Shown here: piece by piece, positions 43,103 to 57,319 of the stretch
Layout: the number at the start of each line of letters is the position of its first letter
Position numbering within the stretch: the stretch's first letter is position 1
Assembly: GCA_015680685.1 (NCBI GenBank)
Contig: MNCI01003262.1
Span: 94,020 to 158,019, forward strand
Direction: 5' to 3'
Source: Gnetum montanum
Taxonomy: Eukaryota; Plantae; Gnetophyta
Length of the DNA: 64,000 nt
Notes under the pieces: model-generated
What the model was told of the DNA's origin: nothing
The model's input: the letters and a program-made list of their open reading frames with translations, nothing else
Databases searched by the model: none
Program-made: the position numbers and the translations under genes

Positions 43103-43539
43103 GAAATAGAATAATGGAAAAGTACATAGGGTTTCTTTGTACAAATGCACTTGATGGTTCAATTTCATAATTAAAGAATTGAAAGTTGTCCATTGCTAGT
43201 AATTGCCCTTACAATAGGAAAGCACTAGAAATGATTGTGTATTTTTTGACTATTGAATTGTTAACTAAAGTACTTGGCAAGGTCAAAGCCAAGTTTAGCT
43301 AAGCTGATATCATAGTTTTGAATAATCTTATAATTAATGCAAAAATTTAAGTTTTCAAGATGAAATAACAAGAGTACTAGGTTCTACTGGTTTTATAATT
43401 GAAGGATATCCAAGATGTAGTGCATGAATTTTAAAATCTAGACTATTATTAAAATATGGTAATTGTACATGTATTACAATAATTGCATAAAAATAAAATG
43501 CATTATCAATCTACAAGTTTATATAATGTTTATTAAATT

Positions 43540-44000
43540 ATTTTGAAGTGTTAGTAGAAAGCTAAAATTGTCATGCCATCCATCATTAGTGATTGCCAAC
43601 TAGGATTTGTGAAAGAGGAATTTTAGAAGTTTATTCTTGTAAACAAAATAATAGTTTACTTGGGCTTAACTTGATTTAACAAAAATTTATGATGGTTTCA
43701 TGAAGATTTTTGGCACTATTCTTAATAAATTGGTATACCATAGATTTTATCTCAACCAAGGGTTCAAGCTAGGAGATCCTATATTACATTTTCTTTTTAC
43801 TATGGTGATTAAAACTTTAGGATGCTTAATTAAGGAAAGTTAATGAAGAAATTAAAGAAATTTTACCACCTTATGATTTGCTTGATTTTACACATACAAT
43901 TTGTTTATGTTCTTTGAAGTTGAAGCAAGAAACATCTAGAATATTGGAGAGGTGTTGGAAAATTTTTCTTAAGTTTCAAGATTAAAGGTTAATTTTATCT
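43540..44000 (+). mobile_element. Ancient L1 RT remnant
   Basis: GFKLGDPILHFLFTMV at ~43760-43808 resembles GLRQGDPLSPFLF. Confidence 0.45.
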
Positions 44001-44575
44001 TTTAGAGAAAGCAGACTATGTGAAACTTGTTATTAATCCATTAAACATAGAATTTGTGCTTTATGATCCAAACCAATTTTCAATTGAACTATGACATGTA
44101 AGAATCAATGGAAAGAGTATCTTTATGAAAACCTAGGTCACATGTTCAATTCTAGTAGGCAATGTTATGGATAAAACAAGTTTTGAAATTGGTAACAGAT
44201 TAGAAGTAATTCACTTAAATATGATAGATTATACAATTACTTATATTATCAAATAATTTAGTTAAATATAATAAGCTTTTATAATAGTTGAGATTGCTAA
44301 ATGAAATGTACATATTTGAGCTAATTTAATATTGAAATTTAATAATAAGCCTTTTAATCAAATCAGCCAAATCACAACCGTCATTATTGAAGCCAAAATT
44401 TAAGGGAAAATAACTTGTTTCAGTTGAAATAAGGAAAACGTTTAATGAAAGACATATAGAAGGCTATCATCGTTTAACTGGTCTACGACCCTTAATGGAA
44501 ATGATAAATGCTGTTTGGCTGTGCAAAACATGTTGAATGCCAGGGCCGTCAAGGCTGTTTGCAGTTTGCATGTTC

Positions 44576-47500
44576 TTATTGATTTGGAGGTGCTTCCATG
44601 CGTATGTAATCATACAAAATTCCATTGAAAGGACCTATATCCTCGGCTTGGGTAAGAAATATAGTGTTGTCTCCCAGAACCAGAAGGGAAGGATCCACAG
44701 GAATGTTTAAAAGAAAATAAAAGCCATGGATGCTATGTCTGGCTATGGAGTTATCCTGTCCCACTACGTCCGTCATGAAATGTGGCGCCTGAACATTCAT
44801 GTCATTGAATCGCACCTGTCATTTGAAACTAATTTAGTAAAGCTACAAGGCAACCATGGTTTGTTTTTCCTCAAAGGTTGGGAAAACAGAAAAGAAAAAG
44901 ACGAAAGAACAAATTCCAGTACCTGAAGGAGTGCTCGGGTTGCAGAAGCAATTGCTATACGCAAAAAATAGAAACCACTCAGGTCTACTGTGTCCAGTGA
45001 AAATTTGATTTGCCATGTTGTGGCCTGATATGTACCATCAGGTCTTTTCCTGGAAATAGCAGTCAAAAATCATTAACCATTTTTATATACAAAATTATAG
45101 CCAGCCAAAAAAGGTATTATCGCACGTCCTAGAATATAACGGGATCATCAGAACAATGGCATAGCCAAAGACATTGTTAGGACGACGTTGCCAAAATTGT
45201 CGGTGATAGAGTTCTCTGTAGAGACCTCGATTCTTTTGAGTTAACAAGTTATTTAAAATGGTTACCAAGAAAGAAGTCCAAAAGAAAGATCAAGAATTAC
45301 ATGAACAGGATGGTCCTCGGATCATATTTCCATTACGGTAAGTTGATATTGAATTCTTCAAGCCAAGAAGAAAATGATGTAATATGAAGTTTTTAAAAAT
45401 TATCATTTCTTTGATGTATCTCACCCTGGCAGGTTCTTCGTGGCTGCACATGCATTTTGGCTCCCTGCAGGGTGGCCATGTCTATCTCCTTTTCGTGCAG
45501 GTGGTAATTTGTGATGCTGGTATTTTATGGTTGTAATGGGCGGCTGGTTACCCCTTTTTAGAGTTAATACAAGTTTTGAAATTCTTCTCAAAATGTTATC
45601 CTATGTCTCTGTGCTTTTCTTATTTCTTGTATTTTTAGATGTGATAGATAAGTAAAAATTATGATTTTTATGCAAGGAAAGTTGAGGATAAGGATCTGCC
45701 GTACCTTAACTTTAGTAATCGGAGTACATAAGATCTGCATAGTGTAAATATGGGTAGAACTTATGATTCAAAGCAGGTAGACAACAAATTCAAATATTGT
45801 TATTGGAATCTGATAAGAAACAAGTCAGAGATATAACAAATATTTTTTAATCTTTAGATCTCTAATTAAATTGTATTTATTGTAGGATTGGAAAGGTCAA
45901 ACTAAAACATAACCAAAAAACTGAGTGAGACTTCAGAGTGTTGGAAGTATGGAGAAAAACTTGATGCAAACCCGTTTCAGAACAAATGGAAGCTTAGGAG
46001 GATATGTTATTTCCAAATCTGGTGTTCTATTTAGAATTGTAACGAATTTTGTAATTATTGTAAAAGTCTCTTAATGAAAGATAATGTTGTAATTACGAGG
46101 CATGTCTCTCATAGAAAACTTCAAGGATTTAACCTTAGGTATTTATGCAGATAACTTAGTTTATGTTAACATGGAGTTGTGAAGCCAAAATAGCAAGTGA
46201 GAAGTAGATAAATAGAGTAGAACAAGAAAGGATTTGGCCACCCCTTCCTGTTTACAAATGCGAAGCTAAATATTGTAGCTTGATTGTTTATTTGACAAAT
46301 GCAGCCTTTTTGCAAGTGATAAGCAATTATTAGTTAATGAGCTCTTTTTAGATGGTTCTATGGGGTTTGCTTTTGAAATAAAAGTCATTCTTTGGAATGT
46401 TTTACATTGTTGAGCCTGTAACATGGCTTTATCTACTTAGATTTTAGATCCTTGGTCATTGTGTGCACACCTTGTTTTGGATCAATGGAGTAATAGGAGT
46501 TGAGTTTCTTGTAGAGATATCCCTCTATTCTTGAGGGTTTTACCTCATAAACCTTGTGTTTCTTATTTACAGTTTTGCCTCAGTTGTGCTAGTTCCAATT
46601 TCAATTTTGCATTTTGTTTATTATTTTCAAAATTTTTCTACAGTATTATCTATGTACTTGTTCTAGATTCAATTTCAATTTTGCATTTTTTTTTATTATT
46701 TTCAAGATTTTTCTATGGTATTATCTATGTATGTTCTCTCTTGCACTGTCATTTGTGCTATTTCATGAACATTTCTATCTAGGATTTTTTTGGCCCAACT
46801 ATGATGGTACTATTAGATTGCCTCTAACAACTAGACATAGAAGGAATATAACCTTAAAAATCACAATGACTATGATTCCAAAATACTTATTTGTCCCAAA
46901 TTCTATCATTAATAAAGTTTCTATCATTTTCATTCTATGTTTTTCCTACATTATCTTTGAATACATAATGTTAAGTGTAACATATATCTCACATTTACAA
47001 TGACATTTGCAAATGGGATGTCAGTCACACCATCTACTTTAAACATGTAATACAATTATGTTGAACACAAAGCACAATACAAAACCAAAACAAGTAGATT
47101 ATTACACCCAATTTCTACTCATTGTATCTTGTTCAATCCATGCCCACCTACCAGATGATCCACATACCACAATGCCCCTTCTTGTCCATAACACCATGTA
47201 CCACAACCTGTAGTTGCCACTGTATTGTGTGCACCCTCTTAGCACCATCATTCTCGAGTCTCATCATCTTAGAGTTGAATCCAAAAGATGGAACAATGTT
47301 CAATACAAAAAATGTGTGAAAGCTATGTCTACTACAGAAAATAAGGGATGAGCAACATATTTTATTGAAATGTTGTGCAATTGAATTTTTTGTGTAAATA
47401 GAATATTGGAAGTAGAATTTTATATAAATATTTAAGATGGCACCACTAATACGAGGGTAGTATCTTGAAGATGTGTTCAAACAACATGATTATTGAACAC

Positions 47501-50500
47501 TTATAATATATTTTGATATATTGATACTGAAGTATTTTGTAAAACTTGATTAGTTTAACACATCCTTTTCGGTCTTTATGGATATAATAAAATTCCAATT
47601 TCAGTTTCAGTTACACTTTTGTATTAAGTACTTTTAGCTAGTCCTTACCGTATCAATGCAGCTCCCAATAGTTCATATATCTAGAGTGTTGCTTTTGTTT
47701 AGAGAATTATACACATAGGAGTTTTCATGTAATATTAAGTATTCTTATTATTATTTGCATCTTGCCTGTCACATGTTCAACTCAATAGCTTACATGAAGA
47801 TCAGCATAAAAACGTTTGAAACATAAATTGCTGAAACAAATTTTGGCTTGTAAACTCAAAGGGTCTTCTAACAAAACTAGGAAAGAATAAAAGGAACCTG
47901 TTAACATGAGCAAAAAACCAGTCCTTTCTGTAGTCACTTGTTCCCACAATAAATAAAAGATCATTGTTTGGATAGATATCAGCATATCTTTCCCACAGTC
48001 CATACTGCCGGAACCTGCATACCATTCATAAATTGAGCTATGCAGCAACAAAGTAGAATAAAAGAGAAAAATAATAAATCGATATCAGGATGCAAATGTA
48101 ACGTATTAAAAGCACTTGGAAAAGAAGTAAACAATTTTAATTTATTTGAAACCTGAGTTGTTTTTGTTAGACAACTGAGATGCTCAGTCTAAGTCACGTG
48201 ACAGAAAAAGGAAAACAGCAAAAGTTCATCACAATCAACAAACAAGAATAATTAATTATTTCCCAAAATCTATATCTTCTTGACATATCAAAATCCTTAG
48301 AATTTTCAGGTTCTGTCTGCAATCCTTACACATGATAATGAGCTAGTCTTTTTGGAAACAATTCTAGAGAAATTATATTTTCTTCTTGCTGTTTCAAACA
48401 CTATCCTTATTTATGAATGAACTGATACAATGCTATAAATTTTCTTATTTCAGAACATCTCTCTAATTGCACAGCAATTTCAGGTTAGGTAAAATGATTG
48501 TTTCAGAACACCTTTTTAATTATACAGTATTTTTCAAACTTAAAAATAAAATAACCGAATTTCGATTTACATTTTTTTATTGTAAAAAATGAGTGAGGAA
48601 ACATATGCCTATAATAAAACAGTGTAGGTTCATGTATAAAAATCCAAAGTCAAGTTATATAAAAAGAAATATTGGTTCAAAACAGAGTAAAGAAAACATT
48701 ACTTTTCAGGATTGTTAAGGTACAACTTATTGACATATTTTGGTATAGGATCTGGAATAAAGAACTCCGCTGCTGTCCGATCAGGAATTCCAATTTCCCA
48801 AAGGGTAGGTCCATTACGTGGGGGTTGATAAACAAGATCCCCAAGATCCTGTGAAGAACCTGCATTTGCAAACCAAATGTATTTACAGCTCATCATAAAT
48901 TAAATCTTAAATTATTTATTTAAAACGAATTGTTTACTTCATTTGCATTAGTTTCTTGGTAGATATTTATTTTGTTATCCATCAAAACTGAAACAAATGA
49001 TCTTTGCTTGATAATTTTCTTATAACCAAGCAAACAATGCTCTTTAACATAAAGTTCAGTGGACGGAAGCCCTCGCCCAGGCCCGCAGCGAGTTAGAAGC
49101 CCAGTTCCAGGCAAGGGAGCAAGAACGGGCTAGACAGCAGGACATTCTGGCAGACGCTGCCAAGGCTCGGCTCACCGATAAAATTAGAGCCCAGGTGCGA
49201 GAGGAGCTCGCACAGGAGGAAGAAACCCGGAGACAGAGACAACAGGCAGAGCAGGAGGAGCAGGCCCAACTTCTGGAGGAGGAAGAGTAGAGGCAGCGAC
49301 AGCTGGACCGTGCCCACGAGCATAACGCCAGATAGTGGTTACGTGGGGGATGATGCCCGTACCTTACGTTAGGAATCAGCTGCGAGAGTTCATGGGGCGA
49401 ACTTCGTAGATACATCCGCCGAACCTCGGTGCACTGCCACCCCGACGCTAGCACCTTCCATGAGGACAGAAACAGACGACAGGCGGCCATGCAGGGTATC
49501 CAGCAGGCGGCCAGCTTCATGGACATGAAGGAACACCGGAATACTCTCGATCTTCTACACGAGCTGGTGCACCCCGACTGTGCTTGCAGGCAGCTTCCTA
49601 CAAACCCCTAAGGGGAGGGTGGAATTTTCTTCTGCTCGTGGCTCTCTGCCCTCGGCCATGCGGCCTGGGTGAGATGCTGTGAGCGATCGGGGGATCCTTC
49701 CCCCTCGGTGCGGCCACCGCTGGTGATCCCCTGTTGTAATCTCTTGTAACATATTTTTGCAATTTTCAGTAATAGAATCCCGAACACTTTCTCAAAAAAA
49801 AAAAAAAAAAAAAACATAAAGTTCAATCTGAATTGTGGTGCGCCACCTTTGTACATGTAACCTTAGACATTTAATACCTACGTATGTTGTCAAGTTCCAA
49901 AATCTATGTTTAATTAGGACCAGTCCACAATGCCATTTATTTTATTAGTTATTTGCAATAATTAAAGTTGCACACGATCTTTTAAAAATATGTTTAGATT
50001 TATTGAAGCATTACCTAGACCTGTTTCTAACTTGTTAGTAAATACTTTGATGCATTTAATGTTTTGCGAAAAATTTAGGCAAATATATTAAAGCTGAAAG
50101 CCATGAAGGCAAAGAACAAAACTGGAAAAGGTGTTGCAGAAAGGACTTAACCCTAGAGGTGCAGGGGTTGGGTGCCCTAATTGCAAACAATGCAAGAAAG
50201 AGAAATAAAAACCTTGAAGCTTCCAAGTGTTCTTGAACTAGACAAAATAGTGCTCCACAAACTTTGCCGCTTCTTGCGATAGCTATGGCAAATCAAATTT
50301 TGGAACCTAGTCGCTGGCTGTTTTCGACACAATGCCCTAGAAAAAGCCCTCTGCATCCTACAATCCATAGCCTAATGGTAGAACCATCTCTCCATCTAGC
50401 ATTATCCCAAGGTATCTAGCAATATCTTGCTCTATCAATTTGATTTGCACCCCCTTGATAGTAGTCACATCTCCCTGCCAGCATGAGAAGAAAGATGCAT

Positions 50501-53133
50501 CAAAGACCTCAAGATCGCACACAAGTTGCAGAAGAACGTCATCCCAACCCACCCTTTGCACTAGCACCCACATATGCTAGTTGTTTCGTAACTTCTAGCA
50601 ATTCAGTTCAAAAGTGGGTGTCTATCCCATGGCAACTGTGACCTCGCTCCATAACAACAAAGCCTTTTGAAATAAGTAGAATAGAGTCGAAAGAGGCTCA
50701 TTATGAAAGACGAGGGCATTCCAGGCCTTCCATATGGCCCAAAGAACGGTGTTGGCTAGGCTATCCCCTCAAAACTGATGCCATGTAGCTACCACCGCCT
50801 AGACTGCATGGGTCATTGTGCATTGGGAAACAAAACGCTCCACTATTTCCTTGGCCACACTGCAGAGAGAACAGTTGGCAGAGATTTGTAAACCCCACCA
50901 CCATAGCAATGCCTAAACTGGAATAGCCTCCTAGGCCAACAACCAAAGAAAGCATTTAACTTTCTCTGGCAGTTGGCCCTACCAAATCTGCTGCCAATCG
51001 ACCACAATGGGAAAATGAGAAAGTAATAATTGACATGGTGAGGGCCCCAACAAACCCAAAGGTTGCAACATTTGAATCATGGCACAAATACTATGCCAAA
51101 CCCAAGAATCGTGAGGTCCTGCCACCTAAAGAGAGTATTTATGCCACATAATTAAAGTCCAAGATCTGCCACCTAAAGAGAGTATTTATGCCACATAATT
51201 AAAGTCCAAGATCTGCCACCTAAAGAGAGTATTTATGCCACATAATTAAAGTCCAAGATCTGCCACCTAAAGAGAGTATTTATGCCACATAATTAAAGTC
51301 CAAGATCTACCCACGTCAGTATTTAAAATTTGATTAATGAGTCATTGGTAACCCACTAAAAGCACATCATGGAATTTGGCAATACCAAGACCACCCACAC
51401 GAATTGGATGTGCCACTTTGTCCCAAGACACGAGGTGCATATGATGTCCTCCCTTGCCACCTGACCAAACAAAGTTACAGATAATTTGATCAACCCTGTC
51501 AATCACCCCTTGTGGAGGAATAGCCATGGATGCAATATGTAACACAATATCCATATTTGTTCCTTGCTTTCATCTTAATAATATATTATTTCTAAATTTA
51601 CCAGCAATAAATATGTCTTTGTGCTTCATGTTACAGAAGCATTCCTTCTTTTGAATTATGTCATAAGTCATAAATAAAAGTTTCAAAATAAAAACATGAT
51701 AAGGTGGAAGTTTATGACATAAAACCAAGTATAACAGCATGTCTTTCAGGTCATGGGTGATGCAAAGCGTCTTACAATACCATATATATAGCTTCATGTA
51801 TGACTTGAAGGTCATATTGATGGGGTCGTTCTTTAGTTACCTCAATTCCGTTACCATTTAAATTGTGACAATCCTATAGTTTGCTTAGTTCTCGTTCAAT
51901 TGACATTTGGTCGAGGTTCATTGAAACTATCTGAAATTTGGTTTATATATAAGAGAACTCTGTTTTGAAAACCAAATTTTAGTAGGCAAGCTTTGTAGAC
52001 ATTTAATATTTAATTATTCATATTCAACCTTCAAAGAATATATTGAAGAATTTTACTATGATTTCATTGACGGAAAACAGAATAAAAATCTTGTGATTGA
52101 AATGCCTTAGATCAGTAAATATGAGCTAGATTTTTTTAGCTCAAACCTGCATATAAAGTTAAAGGTGCTGCTTCCCTGTAATCGCCTACAATGTTTGGTA
52201 CCCAGCCATGAATGTAGTATGTTCCAGGAATGATATTTGTAATTTCAAATATCCCGTTTGCATCAGTTCTTGTCCAAAATTGATAACTCTGAAAAGGAAA
52301 ACACAGACAATTTGCATCTTTTGAAATTCAACTTATAGCAACTAAATATATAGTTACCATAGAATAAGCAAACGAATGTTTTTCCTAGTTTGGTTTATTT
52401 GTACACTGTACTAAAACACAACGATTAAAAAAAAAGTAATGGATCCGCCTCGTGTTTAAAATAATTTATTGCATTTGATGTCTATGACAAATAAAATGGA
52501 ATATTATGTGACACTGACAAGGATGTGTGTATTTAAACTCTAAGACAGATGGCATTCCGCAATCGTTTATTTTTAAATTACTTCAGTTGGATCATTGAAA
52601 CAGGACTGAGATACATGCCTCCTGTTGAATCAGAATCTTCCAGAAAACAACAGCGCAAGCTAGAGGAGTATTATTTGAAGTAGTGTATTAAACTGCCGGT
52701 ACAAAGCATACACGATGAGAAAATCTCTATGAGATCAAATCAATCAACGAGAAGATGAAGTATTGTCTACAATGGCTTAGCTATGTGCCCTTCATCGAAT
52801 CGGAAGCAAATGTAAGCGGAGAAAGACAAAAAAAATGAGTCACTTCGAAGAATTAATGAAAAGACAAGATGGGATGTTAAGTAACAAAAGATTAACCATT
52901 TTTATTTAAGATCAACATAAACAGCTGATGATGCCAGGCAAAGTAGCCATAAATCACTGTAATAAAGTTTAGATGATTATTGAAACATTTAACATTTAAA
53001 AGTAAAATAAAATGCAATGGCTGGAATGGAGGTCTAATATACCATGCTTTCCTTTTGCCATGATCCCTCCTCCATGGAAACAGATAAACCTATGTATGCT
53101 GAGTCAGCAGGAAAGGGTTCAGCAGAAAGAAAC
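44576..53133 (-). CDS. Rhamnogalacturonan lyase (PL4 family), last six coding exons; 5' exons probably beyond the window
   Basis: Phase-compatible exons 53043-53133, 52147-52288, 48703-48859, 47898-48014, 44923-45049, 44576-44815 encode GSWQKES-YQFWT..D..G.F.I, PPRNGPTLWEIGIPDRTAAEFF, FRQYGLWERY, DWFFAHVNR, TTWQIKF, DNSIARH.IHG, YDYIRME. Confidence 0.93.
49059..49812 (+). mobile_element. Young 5'-truncated LINE copy E (coiled coil, J-domain, poly-A) in an RG-lyase intron
   Basis: TSD aacataaagttca at 49046-49058 and 49813-49825; long poly-A; close relative of the copy C 3' end; CAC CCC GAC (HPD) at 49438-49446. Confidence 0.95.
50160..51560 (-). mobile_element. LINE copy F fragment (RT C-terminus, zf-RVT, extension)
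   Basis: HLVSWDKV...GGLG; IW...LPEKV; EQDIARYLG..LDGEMVLP. Confidence 0.8.
51120..51307. repeat. Four perfect tandem copies of a 47-bp unit
   Basis: tgccacctaaagagagtatttatgccacataattaaagtccaagatc at 51120, 51167, 51214, 51261. Confidence 0.95.
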
Positions 53134-53619
53134 CTGTCAAATAAGCAACAAAAATTGTCTATGATGAAAATTCTAGCCAAAGTAATTGTTTCCGTATCTA
53201 TGACAAAATGGAAAAGAAAGGAATTGTTTCCGTATCTATGACAAAATGGAAAAGAAAGGAAGATAAAAAAATTGGATAGATCATGAAAAAAGATTTCATA
53301 TATAAAACCTCATATAGTAAAATTATTTCATTTTTCACAGGTAAATAATGTCCAGTTTTGCTAAGGCACTACCCAGTTTGTCACGAGGGCATTTAGACAC
53401 CCAATCCTGATGAGTCTTGTGAATTCACCCCACACTACAGGCTGAAGCCTGCATTAATTTATTTCTCAATACTTTTATAAAAGTGGAAGCTTCTCAAATG
53501 AGGCCTCTGCCTAACTTTAACATATTAGTACACAACTTGATGCAATTCATCAATTGTCATTGAGAAAGGCCATTTTATATATGGATTCCAATGGCAATAA
53601 AGGATCATCATCCAGAGCC

Positions 53620-53764
53620 ACAATGCACATCCTGCCAAGCAAGGTCCCAAGAGGGTCAGTAGATGAGTGAAAGCCTAACCTCTTCAAGTGGCTGCGCCTA
53701 GGCTCAAACCCAAGTCTTTGACGTGAGAAATGAGCACCTTATCATCACTCCAAATGATGGTCCT
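53620..53764 (-). mobile_element. tRNA-derived SINE-like element
   Basis: Minus-strand head with box-A-like tggagtgatgataagg and box-B-like gggtttgagcc; second copy near 43000. Confidence 0.55.
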
Positions 53765-53805
53765 AGCCCACAAATTCAATTCCACTAGGTAGCACCAAAT
53801 TATAA

Positions 53806-56210
53806 TATAGGACCCCTAATAACCACCTTCTAAAGATGAGTACAATTTTTTTTTTCTTTTTCAATCCTCTAAAAACATGGAATTATACTTACAATAGCAA
53901 CTAACAAAGATGTGACTCATAATGATGGGATTATTACAAAGCCTACGTACCTCCTTCTCTCCTTAGACTTAACAAGTTGTTGATAGGATGAGACCTTATC
54001 ACTTCTTATAATTCTAAGGATTGATGCAACTATTGCATATCATCTAACTTTAGTAGCACTATGACATCTTTAAAAACTACCATCATCCAAAGTGATTGCT
54101 AACACTTCGCATCACTTTCAAAGCTTGAAAACATCAAACATTTGTGTGACTTGCTTCAAGTTTTATTTTACAAGCAACACCAACAAATGTGGTTGGATGT
54201 ACTCCTAGTCCTCCACTATGTTTCTACCATACAAAATCATTTAATCTATAATAGGCTTCAAACAATGGATGGGAATAAAAAAAAAATAAGTTTCAACAAA
54301 TTTGTCCATGCAATGTGGCATTGCATTCCCACATTGAGAGCCATCCAACTCAAAGAATACGATCACCATCTAGCTGTGAGTTGGGTTATCTTCGGGTTAT
54401 AAACTACACAAACAAGGCTTGGCTCAACTATCATTTTTGGACTACACCTCGATATACCCCCAAAATAGGTGACCAAGGGATCATACATGAGGTGGGTACA
54501 CACTTATAAATAGCACCTGCATCATTGAAAACATTTGGGTGTTGTGCAAATCAACCCCCTTGGGTCCAATGGCTCAAGATATTAAGCCACAGTAAGCATA
54601 TGCATAGGTAGGGTTGGATAGTGGTGCTTATCTCCACATCCAAGGCAAGGTGTACGTAAAATAAATAAACAATGAAATCCATCCATTCAAGGTACGGGGA
54701 TNTAAAATAAATAAACAATGAAATCCATCCATTCAAGGTACGGGGATGAATATATTATTATTACAATGATTAGTTAATGATCCTTTAAAGTTGAACTTAA
54801 CCAATTTGGGGAGGGAGAAGACACCTCAAAGTTGGGTTGTTGTTCAGCCAATAGCCTCAAGAAATCCCCTTTAAATTGCAAGTCCAAGGTGCTGCTAAAA
54901 TCCCTACACAAAATCAGAGAAAACAATCCCCAAAAATCAGTCACAAAAGCCTCCAATAGCAACAACAAAATCAACCTCCCAAGAGCCTACAAGAATACTT
55001 AAGACAGACTCTAGACAGCCCAAGAGATGGTTGAGAACAAGCAAGGAACAGCCACTCTCCCTCTCCTCTCCTCAACTCCTCACCCTTCCAACTAGCAGTC
55101 TCCCCTTCCTTGGCCAAACATGAAAATGAGGGCAAACACCCCCTCCATTTATGAGATGGAGGAGACCCTAGGGCTTGGGTAAAGACTTGTGCACAAACAT
55201 TTACACAATGGACAAGGAGTAGATAAGCCATTCTTCAAAAATCTTTTTTTATTCATGGCATCATTGCTACTTGACTTGGACAAGTAAGCTCTTATAAGGG
55301 AGTAGACATGTGAAATTGACAACACTCAAGAGAGTGACATAGCCCATATTAAATAAGTCATTTATCCATTTTCTAGCCATTAACATGAAGTGGACAATTT
55401 GCATATAAATAAAGTAGATGTCATCATAAGCATATCATAGAGCACATACATCACCATCCCATATTGACTTTTTTCATGGCCCCACCTTTTTGTCTTATTT
55501 TAAGTCACTTTTTAGTTTATATGCTATAAGTGTTTTCTAGTTTATTTTTGGCCTTTTATCTATTTTCCACATTTTCTATAATTTATCTAGTAAAAATCAT
55601 TGAGACTAAACTTTTTGTCCTTCGAACATTTTACACATGCTAAGCTGGTCATAACAAGCACAAACATGCCATAACTACCATGTTCGAAATTAATATTTTG
55701 ACTAAATCAAGGAAAATATGGTCCCACTAGGTATTATTTTTACCGTTTAACATTAAAATCTCAGAATCTAAAACTCAAATTGAAAAACTAATTATAGATC
55801 CATACTGTAGGTGTAAAACTAAGTTTGTCTACCAAATTTGAGTGCAATCTGAAAACTTTGAATTTTGATGTATTTTAATTAATTAAATATTCAATAATTT
55901 AAAAAAAATTCTCACTAAACATCAAAGTAAACCATGAATCCACATCATGTTACTTTTCTAATATTATTCTAAAATAATGCTAAATCTTGTAATGCTCATT
56001 CATTATATATATATATATAACTTAAAATAATAAAAAATTAGACAAAAAATAGAAATAAATAGTAATCTTGCTTATGTCACCCAAACAAGGTCTTCATATT
56101 ACTAAAAATCATTAGGCATATCTACAAATATATATAAGCTTTAAAACAAATTAAAGTCTAAGTAGTGAATAGAGTACTAAGGTTACATGTACAAATGTGG
56201 GGGCATTACA
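53806..56210. mobile_element. Solo LTR (~2.4 kb, probably Ty3/gypsy)
   Basis: Ends tataggacccc (tgtaggaccc in a sister copy)...ggggcattaca; 5-bp TSD tataa at 53801-53805 and 56211-56215; no coding domains seen. Confidence 0.8.
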
Positions 56211-56419
56211 TATAAATTTAAAAACAAATCCATACAAGGAATTCTGAAACTTCTTCAATAGATCGAAAGGGCCTCAGTGGACGCAAATAAAAATTTTAGT
56301 TTTAGTTTATATTTGTATTGTTACAAATTCCAAATCAAATCAATGTATGATTGGTATGAGTATTACACCATAAAAAGGCAAATTTTAATGAAACCAAAAC
56401 TGAAACTTAAGTGTTTTAT

Positions 56420-57168
56420 TAGGGAGGACGTGAACACATCAAGAGAGGAGGAGGGGAAGGAACAATGAGCCAAGGTCTTTTTGGAGGAGCAGCAGATGAA
56501 AATCAATCAGCATGCCACCCATAATTCTAATGCTCAACGATGGTTACGTATGGGAAGGTGCCCATACATTATCATGGGGGTACATTGTAATGCATCTTTG
56601 GCTAGCCTATGGAGATTCATTTGCACCACGTCCAGCAGGCTTCGCCCTAACAAAGCCAGGAACCTAGGGGTAGAGAAACAGCAACAAAGGGAAGAGCAAC
56701 ACAAAGAGTTTCAAGAAGCTATGACTCTTTATGGCTTCTAAACACTATAAGGCCATTTTAGGCACAGCCCATGTGTAGAAAAGGTCACACTGCCCTTGTA
56801 CTAGGCTTCCTTGACCCATATGATGAAAAAGTTCACATAAATTAAGAAGGGTTGTCTGATCTAGTCCATTGGTTTTTTGGGATGGGGTTTTGAGAACGAG
56901 TACCCTAAGGACCCAAGTATCTGGTATTTTTATCCTTTTCCACTACTATGAGATGTTGTTTACTTCTTTGTGTTTTCATTTGATGTCAGGGATTACCCTA
57001 GCCCACACCCCCCCACCCCACCCTCCCCACTTCAACCCCTTAGGGCTAATCCTTCCCTTGATGTTGCTTTGTGGGGGATCTCTCTCCCCTACATGTGGGG
57101 GGCCTCGATTTTGTATCTTGCTTTATTTTGCAACTGTGATATATTCCTAGCCTTCTCTAAAGAAAAAA
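56420..57168 (+). mobile_element. 5'-truncated LINE copy G (coiled coil and J-domain)
   Basis: WLRMGRCPYIIMGV...LRPNK...EFQEA; CPC tail; A-rich end. Confidence 0.8.
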
Positions 57169-57319
57169 CACATAACCCCAAAGTTAAAACATTAAGAAAT
57201 TCATCATTGACTATCATGTTAAAGTTTCAAATTATAAAAATAAAAATTCAAAGCTATATACAAACATTGCTATATATTAAAAAATCTATAGGTAGTAACA
57301 AAGGTCCAGTGGGGGCAAG

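Noticed and set aside
45420-45560. snRNA-like sequence (Sm-site-like aatttgtg, GC-rich)
   Set aside because: No recognisable U1/U2/U4/U5/U11 5' motif or structure; would need an Rfam search
51120-51307. CRISPR-like array
   Set aside because: Units are contiguous with no spacers, there are no cas genes, and the context is a eukaryotic LINE
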